Shown: positions 47,167 through 59,100 of the stretch, in pieces
Layout: every line of letters starts with the position of its first letter
Numbering within the stretch: the stretch's first letter is position 1
DNA from: an uncultured virus (IMG/VR IMGVR_UViG_3300030099_002957)
Lineage: Duplodnaviria > Heunggongvirae > Uroviricota > Caudoviricetes
DNA: 64,000 bases
Virus record (IMG/VR): IMGVR_UViG_3300030099_002957
Strand: one strand, 5' to 3'
Notes under the pieces: generated by a model
The model's input: the letters and a program-made list of their open reading frames with translations, nothing else
Databases searched by the model: none
What the model was told of the DNA's origin: nothing
Program-made: the position numbers and the translations under genes

Positions 47167-50100
47167 ATGAAGGAAAAAAAAGAAACAGGAGGATTAGACA
47201 ACACAGATTTAATCCAACCAGGAGATCAAACATTAGATGCTAACAACTTAATAAATACTGTTCAAAGAGAGCCAGGAATACAAGGTAATTTATTAGAATC
47301 TTTAACAAAGCTACAATACATAAACAATCCATCTTTTGCTCCTATAGACACAAAGCTAAAGAAGGGAGAGTTTGAAGAGTATGATAGACTAATAGATGGT
47401 CCTTTCTCATTAATGGATAGTTCTGTTGATGACAGAAGAGCGTCGGGCCAGGGTCTAGGAGAAAAGCTATGGAACAGTTATGGTGTTAAACTTGCCCCTA
47501 AAATAGGTACACATGTTGTAGGATCTACAATAGGTCTTTTAAATGGTTTTGCTGAGGTAGGGATGGATTTATATGAGAATGGTCCTGCAGCATCTAATTG
47601 GAATAAATTTTTTAATAATGATTTCCAAAGATCATTAGACGACTTTAACAAATCATTAGATGAAAAATTTCCTGCATACTACACATCACAAGAAAGAGAT
47701 TTAGGATTTTGGCAATCTATAATTGGACCGGGAGCAGCTAACTTTTGGACTGACCAGTTTTCTCAAGGATTGTCCTTTGTTGCCGGAGCTGTCTTAGCTG
47801 AGTATGCAACTGGAGGGTTAGCTACCGCTATAATACCAGCTAAAACTGCTAACACACTTAAAAGAATATCTGCTTTAAGAAATACTGCATACGCACAAAA
47901 ATCTACTGCAGCATTAAATGCACTTAATAAAATATCTAGAGCTGATAGAATATATGACGGTTTAACTACAGGTAGACGTTTACTTACTGGTGCTTTTTAT
48001 GAGGCAGGTGTAGAAGCTAGACATAACTATGACAGTGTAGTTCAAGGTTTAACTGAGCAACATATTAAAGATAAAGGAATGCCTCCTACTAATGAGGAAA
48101 TGGCAAAAATAAAAAACATAGCTACACAAGTATCTAATGGAGTCTTTGCAGGTAACGCTGCTTTGGTTGGGTATAGTAACATGTTACTCTTTCCTAAAAT
48201 TTTTGGTAGTGGTATGAAAGCTAATAAGTCTTTTAAAGGTAAGATAATGAAAGACGATAAGGGTGTGTATAAAGCAAAGCACCAAGACTGGGGAGGATTT
48301 AGAACTTGGACTCATAGAAATATATATGGTAAAGGCGCTTGGGGTAGATACGCAGCATACGAAGGTATGGTAGAAGAGGGAGGTCAAAAAACTTTAGATC
48401 TAGCAGGACAGTATGCAGCATCTGATATGTATACATCTAGCAAGAACCCAAGCCAAATGGAAGCTATAGGAGGTATAATGAATAATATTCATGACGGTAT
48501 GGCTGATGCTTATAGTAGTACTGAAGGGCAAAAAGAAATATTTTTAGGGTTTGTATTAGCTGCAGTAGGGCTACCTAGTTTTGTTAAAACAAATGAAAAA
48601 GGGGAAAAACAATATGGATTCTTTTATGGTAGAGCAGGAGGTGTAAAAGATTACTTAAAGCAATATGCAGAAAGTAGAAAAGAGGTAGAGGATTTAGTTA
48701 AATATATGAATGAAAATCCTGATGCCTTAAAAGCTATAAAGGAAAACTTTGATATGCTTAATGATATATCTACCGCAGAAGATAAAAGAGATTATGCTGA
48801 TGCATCTAATAATGACTTTGCATATAAAAATGCAGATCATGATGCGTTTTTTGCTTTTGTATTTAGTAGACTAAGGTCAGGGTATTATGGGGATGTTGCA
48901 GATACTATAAATGATATAAGAAACATGGATGATGATACTTTTGAAACCATGTTTAAGTATGAAGAACAGACAAAAAACATGTCTGAAAAAGAGCGTAAAG
49001 AGTTTTTAAATAAAAGAAAAACTAAAGTTGCAGACTCACACCTAGAAAGAGCAGAAAAAATAAAAAAGATATATGAAAGTCTAGATAATACTAAACTTGG
49101 AGATAAAGCAAAAAAGATGATGGCTCAAGCATTGTCTACTACTGCAGACTTAGATGCAAGAGAACAAAAACTTATCCAAGAGCTAGAAGAGCAAGGAGGA
49201 TTTACCTTAACGGCAGTTGTAAATAGAGAGGAGTCTGACTCGCAGGCTAACCAAAACATACTACAAAGAGTTGCAGAGTTTACTATGGAAAAACTTGGTC
49301 TTAAAGGTAAAGATATAATGGAAAACTCTGAAACTGGTAAAACGGTAAAAAAAGAAGTTGGTATAAAAGAGTTTACCACACCAGGATCTCCTGCCTTTGT
49401 TGCACACAGAATGATACTAAAACTAAAATCTCTTAAAAAACAAAGAGAAATATATGAAGAGAATGATCAGGTAGATGAGTACATAGAGATTACAGAAAAG
49501 ATAGAAAGTTTAGAAGATGAATTAGCAGAATTACAAAAAGCTATAAGTCAAGGAATCGCACCTAATATATCAGAAGAGGAAAAACAGATACTAGAAGAGT
49601 ACAAGAAAAAAGATCCTGTTGGTTATGAAATGAACAAAGAGGAGATGATTACGAAGCTGCAAGATCTTAGAAGAATAAGAGCTAAGAGACATCAAATGTT
49701 AAACCTTGTACAACAAATGATAGATCCTGCTGCTGCTGAAGATACAATACAAGGCTTTGAGGAAATAGTAAATGATATACTAACAGAAGAAGAAAGAAAA
49801 AGTTTACCACCAGAAGAGCAAAGACTAGCTAGAAAATATAAAGGTAAAATAATAGAGTTTGACTATACAGATAAAAATGGAAACACTAGAAGACATAGAG
49901 TTCTTGTAAAAGATACAAGCACAAAGGGTCTTGTAAAACTACCTAAAGAAGAAACATTTAAGTTACTACAAAGACAAAAAGATTTAAATAATAAAGCTGT
50001 TAAAACACCAGATGATCTAGCAGAGTTAGAACTAATAGCAGAAGAATTAAAACAAGGTAATCACATTACAGGGTTAGATCACTTTAATTTTAACATATTA

Positions 50101-53100
50101 GAAAAAGCAGCTGATATAAAAATAATGACTGAGCAAGAGTTATTGTTAAACCAGCTAGAGGCTGTTACATCTGTTATTCAAGAAGGTATAGGAGAGGATA
50201 TAGCAAATGCTACAGAAGCTTTAGCACAATCTAAAGAAATGCTTTTAAACATTGCTAGACAAGTAAGAGATATAAAAAAGGCTATACGAAATGCTAAATC
50301 AGACACTAGAGGTAGAACATATGTAAATCTAAATTCTATTGGTAGGAAAGGTGCATTCTCTATAGCTACGGCGCAGTCTATGATAGCTGAGCTAATAATA
50401 CAAGAACAAGTATACAAACAACAGTTAAAAGACTTTACAGAGCGTGTAAATGCCTTACAAGAAAACGCACTAAGAATACAAGCAATTCACACAGCTTTAA
50501 CTAACCCACAAATTGTTTCAGACTTTTTAAATAGAAATGCAACTAGAGAAGAGATATATGGTTTTATAGATGACATGTTAGGTTTAACTTCTTTAGAAGA
50601 GTTTAATAAACAACTAGGAGAATCAGGGTTCTTTAACATAAATGAGCTTACAGAGTTAATAGGTACTAAAAACAAAGAGGGTGGCTATGATGTAGATAAT
50701 CAATTATTACAAGACTTTTTAGATTTAGCGGGGCAAGACAACATATCTAAAGATTATCTAGATTTAATGAATAGTGAGTTAGCTAATTTTAGAAAAGAAT
50801 TAGAGCTACTTACTCAACATAGACAGGACATAGAAAGAATTATAAACAAAATGGTTGATCCAGCTACTGGTCAAGCTATAATGTTCCCTGAAGAAGGTTT
50901 GACTCAAGATGATTTAATTTACTTACAAGCACAGTTACGTCTAGTTAATGAGGACCTTGCTACTATACAAAGCATTATAGATATGATGGAAGCAGAAGTA
51001 GATCAAGGTATTAGTGATGCTGTAAATTCTGATGTAATACAACAAAGAAGAATAGCTACAAATACAGCGCAGCAAATACTAGACACATTTAATGAATACC
51101 AACAATGGTTAATGAGCACTCAATTAGATCCTGCAGAAGAAGCAAAGCTAGATTCTGGTGAAACTGTTACAACACTAGAAGATCTATCTTCTCTGTCTGA
51201 GTATGAGACTAGATATAGTCCTTCTTTTACAGATGTGGGTTGGACTAAAACTTCAGGTAATCATAGTGCTGCACTAGATAGATGGAGAAATGTATACAAA
51301 CCATTAGTAGACAGTGGTAAAGAACTTACTAAAGCAGAGCAGTTAGAGTTACAACATATTATGAGTCAGCTTAGATTCTTTAGAAAGACATATGATATAG
51401 TTGACTACAGTAAAACAAAAGGAGCTAGATTACAAATTGTAACTAGATATAATATAAGACCAGAGTGGAAAGATAAAATTGTATTCTTTGACATTGCACA
51501 AGCAGAGAAGACAGGACGATATGATGATGAGTCTAACTTTAAGTATGTAGATGATTTAACTCCTAATGAAACTAAAACAAAAGAAAAGCCAAGGTATAGT
51601 GATAACAAAGTTCCTGTTAAAAGAGAAACTTTTACTCAGACTTTAGATGATGGAACAATAATAAAATATAGAGCCATTACTCGTTTAGATGGTTCTGTAT
51701 ATTTCCAAGCGATAAAAGAAGGAGAAAGTGATTTTTCAGCAACTTCTAAAAAGCTAGACATAAAAGCTGGTGAAAATATTACTCCAAAACAAGTATTAGA
51801 AAATCTAGAGCCAACCTCTACTGTCACGCTTGATAAAACTGAGGGTTACAAAAGTGTAATGAGGGAGCAGATGTTTGATAGGTTAACTCAAGAACAAAAA
51901 GAAAGAGTAGATCCTACAAGAGCAGCAAAAACAAAAACATCTGAAGTACAAAGAGATGAAACTCTTGAGGATATTAAATTATTACTAGTAGATGCTAACG
52001 GTCAACCTATACTTGTAGATGGAGAGTTTGCTTATACTAATATGAACTCTTCTAGCACGGTTAATTCTAAAGGCGAGTTTAAAGGTGATAAAAGAGTAGA
52101 TCTAGATGCTAATGGCAACTTAGTAGAAGATGTTCGTATTGCACAAGAGTCATTTATAAATGAAAGAAATAAAATACTAAGTGATAATCAAGAAAGATTT
52201 TTCTATATAAAGAGTAAGTCTCAAGGAATGCCAATACCACAAGGTCAATCTTTTGGAGACGTAAAAAGCTCTGTAATGGGAAGACTAAAGATAAACAAGG
52301 GTGGTAGATTTGTAGTTGTAAATAAAGAAGAAGATTTAAAAGATCTTAAACTTGAGCTAGCACTGCCTACAGAAGGAGTTAAGGGTCCTAATCAGAAAGT
52401 GACTCTATTTAATGATAGATTTATTGTTACAAGCAGGTTTGTTTATTTTGGAACACCTAGCAGAGGATACAACAACTCTCTAAACTTAGTTCCAGGGTTG
52501 ATCTCTAGGTTAAGTGAAAACCAAGTTAATAATATATATAACCTGTCTAGGTATTTTGCAGAGAATGCAACAGAAGCCGGAATAAACTTAGGTGGTAAAG
52601 GATTTACAACTATACTTAAAGATCAAATCATGTATGGTAGTAGATCACAAGAGCGGGTAAGGCAAGAGTTTGCTATATATATGAAAGATGATACTATATA
52701 CTTTGGTGAAAACGGTAGTATTACGTTAGAACAATTAAAAGATCCTGCTAAGTTTGAGGATAAACATGAAGAGTATAAATCTTTTTTAAGGACATTGTAT
52801 TTTAATGTTAATGCAACACAATTAAAAAAAGATAAACAAGCTAGAAAAGATGCATTAGATAGAAAAAGAGCAACAAAGCAAACAGGATTTGTAGCACCTG
52901 AGTATACACCATTTATAGAAGTATTGGTAAGAGATGATTTAAGTGTAGAAACAGTAGAGTATGATAACTATACACACTACTTAACATCTGAAAGAAATAG
53001 AGAACTAGAAGATATTCCTGTAAGAGTTGACATGCCGCTAGCATTTAATCCTTCTAAGAGTGTTAATCAGGCAGAGTTTCCACAGTTTATGAATATATAT

Positions 53101-56100
53101 CTTAACCATTACAACCAGTCGTTTACTAAAGACAATGGTGATAATCAAAAGGCTGACTCTCAACAAACAAACCCTGACCAAATAGGTGACTCTCCCTTTA
53201 CACAGTCAACAGAGTTAGAACTTGGAAAGAGTTCAACCTTGACTTACGTTGACCCGCAAACAGGAGAAGTAAAAACTCTTCAGGTTGTTAATACTGATAT
53301 AGAAGATAAAGATCGTATAGAAGTTAATACATCTAAAGCACAAGGGCCTACACTAGAAGAGCAGACTGGAGGAGCATTTTCAGATATATCAAATGAAGAT
53401 CCTGATGATGTATTCTTCTTAGAGTCTATGCAACAACCAGCTCCTTTTGACTTAAACGAAGAGTTAGAATGGTTTAATGCTAATATGCCTAAAGATAAAA
53501 ATGGTAACCCACTAGTAGGTATAGATCTAATAAGAGGACTAATAGATGGTAAGGGGCTTGGTAAGTTTACTAAAGATGGTAATATATTATTATCTGATTT
53601 ACTTACTACACCTGGTATTGTATACCACGAGGCGTTTCATGCTATAACTAGAAAGTTTATGTCTCCTGCAGAAAGAGCTCAGTTATATGCTGAGGTTAGA
53701 GGTATGAGAGGTTCTACTAAAACATTTAAGGGAGACACTAAAAAAATGTCTGAGCTTAGTGATAAAGAAGCAGATGAGTGGTTAGCAGAAGAGTTTAGAG
53801 AATATGTTCTAGCTGATGGTAACTATAAGGTAGGGTCAAGAGTTAAGAAAAGTCTTATTGATAGAATATTTGACAAGATATATGCAGCGCTAAATTTCTT
53901 TGTGAACAACCAATCACAAGTAGAAACACTTATGTCTAGAATAAATAGTGGATACTTTAGTAATCCTACTACAGATGTTACTATATACGACGTAAAAGAA
54001 GGGGCGTATTATGAGGGATCAAAACTTACCGCTACAATGAAAAACAATGTAATGGAAGGTATGACAGTTCTGCTATTTAACAAAGCGCTAAGAAACAACC
54101 AGTTTACATTAGATGACTTTGTGGGTGGTAATCCTATAACAGAGCTGATGTATGGAGGATTTGGTATAGGTAATACAGTATATACAGAAATAGAAAGAAC
54201 TCTTAGAAAAGCTATACAGCTTAATCCACAAGCAGAAGAAAAGCTAACTAATACAATGTTAGCTATAAAAAATAACTGGCAAGAGTTAAAAGAAGATCAT
54301 AAAAAATACTTAGAAAGATTTAAAGTAGAAGTTACAGATGAGCAGAATGAAAATGATAGAGTTAGAGAACAGTTTGGTAAACCACAAAATGAGATAGATC
54401 CTAGTGTATATCTACCAAAAGCAGTTAGACTATTATTTGCTACATTACCAAAGAGTAGATTACTAGATCCTAAAGATCCTAATAGTAAACGAGTTATGGA
54501 TATGAATGAGCACGGTTTGCCTAAACTTGTTGACTTTGGTAGTATAATGAACTTTATGTATAAAGAAATGGCTAATACTGATCCTCTAGACTTTATGAAG
54601 AATCTAGACATGTTAGCAAACAAACGACCAGAACTACGATCTGCGTGGAACAGGCTAGGTATGCATCAAGATTTGTCTGATAAAAGTAGTAATCAAATTA
54701 AGCTTATAATACAGACTATGATGCAGTTTGATCAGTCTAACAATAAATTCTACACACAGCTAATGACTAGAGATAATAGTAGAGTTTTAGTAGATAGCAA
54801 TCAAAATAGAGTAGAAGATAAAGTTAGGTTTATGTGGTCTGCTAACTTCAAAGATAATATACAAAACTACAGGGGGTTAGGTAAAGATGTAAACGGAGAG
54901 TTAATCCTAAATGAGAAAGCAAAAGTAAAAGTTGGTGCTAAGGAAAAAACCTTTAAAGGTTGGGGTACAACTAGAAAGACTCCAGACGAAGCATTGCAGG
55001 TACTAGATAGATTAGGTATACAATTTACAGATCCTGACCTATTTGCAGCATTATATGTAGAAGAGTTTTCTGGTGTGTCCGAGGCTGTTAACTTTGTACT
55101 ACAGGAAGTATACAACAAACCGGTTAGTGATATATTTAAAGGCAACATACAAAGAAACTTAAGAACACTTATTGATATAGAAGCAAGCTCTAATCCTTTA
55201 GCGGTAGATGCGCAGCATGTAAACCCTGAAGGTAAAATTGTACATGGAGTTAATTTAAAAACATATGCTGATGTCTTAGTATCTAAACTAAATGGTAGTA
55301 AAGGGAGAGTAGAGATAGAAAATCTTTTAAAGCATGACAACTTAGTTAATTCACACTATTTAAATACTATGCTAGAAAGAGGAGAGACAATGCAGGTAGT
55401 AGTATTAGAAGGTGTACAACAGCAGTTTGGTAGAGGCAAACCTTTATCAAGAACTGGTCCTGTAGATATAGGAGTTATGTATGTAAACTCTGTGCTTAGT
55501 AATGGTATAATACCTTTACTGAGAACTGCAGATAAAAAGACAGAGTTTGGTATACAGTTTAGTGCTCCAACACTAGCGCTATCAAGAGATGAAATGCTTA
55601 CAAGGCTACAAGGATATTTATCTGATGAGTTAAGAGTTGCTTCTAAATTTAATAGTAGAAGAAACTCTAAACTAAGACGTGTAGATAAACTAAAAGATAA
55701 TGGAGGTAACTTAAGATTTTTTGCAGGTATAGTTCCTAGTTTACCTAGAAGTGAATACAATAAAAAGTTAAGTGAGAGTAAAATATTAGAGCTTGTAAAT
55801 AGAGAAGATGTAGTAGAAGACTTAAAAACATACTTAGCAAATGAGGTAGAAAAAACTACAAACACATTGACTCAATATAATATTGCGCCTGCAGGTATAG
55901 ATTCTAGTTTGATGGACATAGCAATGCAACGTGCTGTGTTGACCGGTCAAAGGCCTGCTCAAATTATAGGTGAACAATTTACATATGAATATATGACTGG
56001 TATTATAGAACAGAGTAAACTATTGTTAGGAGACTTTGCATTGTATGGTCAAGACTTGTTCAAACGAACGTCTGGTATAAGTGGTACTAAAACATACCCA

Positions 56101-59100
56101 ACGTCCGATCCAGAAATATTAGAGTGGATGAATACTAATATGCCTAACTCTTTATCTAATAAAGATCATTCTAACATGTTAAGAGTGTCTAACAGAGCTG
56201 CTGTACAGGTAGAAGCACCATACTTAGATCAGTATATAGATACTCTTACTGCACTGGGAGCGCCATTAGATTTTCTAGATGTTGTAAGAAGAACATACTC
56301 TGACATGGAAGAGTTTGATGGTGGAGGATTTATTACATTAGATGCATATAGAAGCTTAACATATAGAACAGGTAAGTGGACAGCCGCACAGGAAGACTTT
56401 TATCAAAAAGTTGTAGAGGGTGAACCTATAGCTCCAGAAGACATGGCTATAATACCGCCTATAAAACCACAACTATTTGGACCACAAGTTATAGATGGTT
56501 CTAGACTTATGACATTCCACAAGTATGCACTATTCCCAATAATACCAGGTTTATTACCGGGTACTAACTTTGAAGCAATAAATAATGATATGATTAATAA
56601 TGATATTGATTATATGATATTTGAATCTGCAGTAAAAGTAGGAGGTATAAAAGAAGGACAAGAGTATGATCCTTTCTATATAGAAGCTGATGACTTTAGT
56701 GTGTATAAGCCTATGTCTGTTGATGAAAGTGGAGAGGTAGTTGGATTACAAGAATTAGCTTTTTCTGATTTAGGTATACAAGTAGAAACTGCACCTAAAA
56801 CAAAACAGGAGACTAGTGAAGGGTCACAGTTAAGATCTTTACTACCAATAAATATATATGACAATGGTAATGTTGCAGAAGAATATGCAGACTTAGAAAG
56901 TGTAATAGATGATTACCATGCGATAAATAATGCATTAGTCAGCAAAGACCTTAACAGTTTACTAAACAAACTTAAACTTGTTAAAGATGAGTCTGGTATG
57001 TACAAACTTAAGTCTAATGATTTAGAAGAGTTTAAAAAGGTTCTTATAGAAGAGTTTAAGAAGAGAGATAATCCTGTACACACAGTTAAGTCTATAGAAA
57101 GATTACTAGACAGTGATACAAAATTTATAGAACAGTTATTTGAAAAGAACAAGATAGAAAACTTATTATTCTCCTTGGTAAACAATAATGTACTTAAGAG
57201 AAAAATGCCGGGCGGGCAATTTGTTTTACAAGCAGCTACAGGATTTGAAGCTAGTCTTAAGGCATTAAAGCAAGAAGATTTTGATAGAGCAAGAGAATTA
57301 GGTCTAGACTTAGACGACGTAAAATTAAAACCATTAAAGTTCTATAGGAAAGAGGATCCAAATAATCCTAACTCTAAGACACTTGCTATGCAGGTATACC
57401 TACCTAGTAGGTTTCAGGGTATAGTAGATGTGAATGACTCTAATCTAGACTCTGAGTTATTACAACTTATAGGATTCCGTATACCAACTGAGGGTCCTAA
57501 CTCTGTAGACTTTATAGAAGTAGCAGGATTCTTACCTAAGTCATTTGGTGACACAGTTGTTGTTCCGTCTGAAATTGTAGGTAAAGCAGGATCTGACTAC
57601 GATATTGATAAATTAAATATATACTTCCTTAACTCTACAAGAGTAGGAGGAAAACTACAATCTGTACAGTTTGACCCTAACAAGTCAATTGAGTCACAAA
57701 GTAAAAAGGCATTACAGAATGAACTACAAAGAATTATTAAGAAAGTATTAGAACATCCTGCCAGCTTTGACCAATTAATATCTCCTGTAGGAGCATATAA
57801 AATTAAAGACCTAGCAAAAGATGTAGCAATTCTAAGAAATCCTAAGAACTTTGACTCAGAAGGCAATAGAATTAAGAAACCATTAAGTGAAATGTTTGGG
57901 TTAGAGAATATGATAAACACATCTCACAGACTATTTTCTGGATTAGGTGGTATAGGTATAGTTGCTACAAGTTCTACACAACATGCTAAAGGACAAAGAC
58001 CAGGATTAAACTGGAACTTTACAGAACATGATGATATTAGATTTAGGTTTGAAGGTCTTGAGCCTTTCTCTTTATCTAGGGTTAGAGATGTAAATAATGG
58101 TAATAAGATAAGTAGTATTATAGGTGAGTATGTAACTGGATATGTAGATGTTACAAAAGAAGATTTTATATTTGACATTAATGCAGGTATAGACTATGCA
58201 CCACTACACATGTTACTAGTTAGATCAGGTGTTCCTGTAGATCAAGTAATATACTTTATGTCACAACCTATAATAGATGAATACATATCAGAAAAGAATC
58301 TAAACTCTCCGCTATATGCACCATACCCATTAAAAACAGATACGGAAATAGTCAGTGAACTAAAGAAAAGATATGGAGGTCAAGCTTCTAATGCTAATCT
58401 TAATGCTGAATTACTACGAGGTATGATTGGAAGAGGTGTATTTGGTAGAAATGATTTAAGTAATGTAGAGAAACAAATACAAGTACAAGTGCTAGAAGAT
58501 TTTAAAGTATACCAAAGTTTAGCAGAGGACTTATTACTTTTAAAAGATGCTACTAGTGTAGACACATCATTGCTAAACAACGGTATGGCTATAAGGTACC
58601 TGGTACAATCTATAAATACACTAGAGCAAGAAGGACGTTTTGTAAACCTAGATGAATTATTATATGGTAACGATGAAGGAGCATCAACTGTAGCAGGATT
58701 TACAAAAGTACTTATGGAGTCAGATGGATTGTTTGCAGACTTTAAATTAAGTGAGTACATAACAGATGCTAAAGAGTTTATAGATAACAAACTATTTGAG
58801 AATGTAGATAAGAATGTAAGAGTAAAGTCAGAAGACATTATATACAAAATGAAAAAGTTTGAAAACTTCTTAGCAACATCAGTTGTGCAGAGCACTCCGT
58901 GGGACTACAAAAAATTACACGAACGAACAAAAGAATTGTTTACAGGTGAGAATAGCTTACCAAGAAGAATAAACAACCTTAAGAGAACTGGTCAGTATTC
59001 ACAAAACTTATTAATGCAAGAACTTACACCGGTGTTACAAGTTTATACTCAAGAGAGTAATGAAAGTTCTGTAGATGGTTTAAAACTATTTACTAAAAAA

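Noticed and set aside
51570..51950. Possible inserted element in the RNAP polyprotein flanked by KTK-like sequences
   Set aside because: No intein motifs or real DNA repeats; cannot be distinguished from an ordinary variable domain without an alignment
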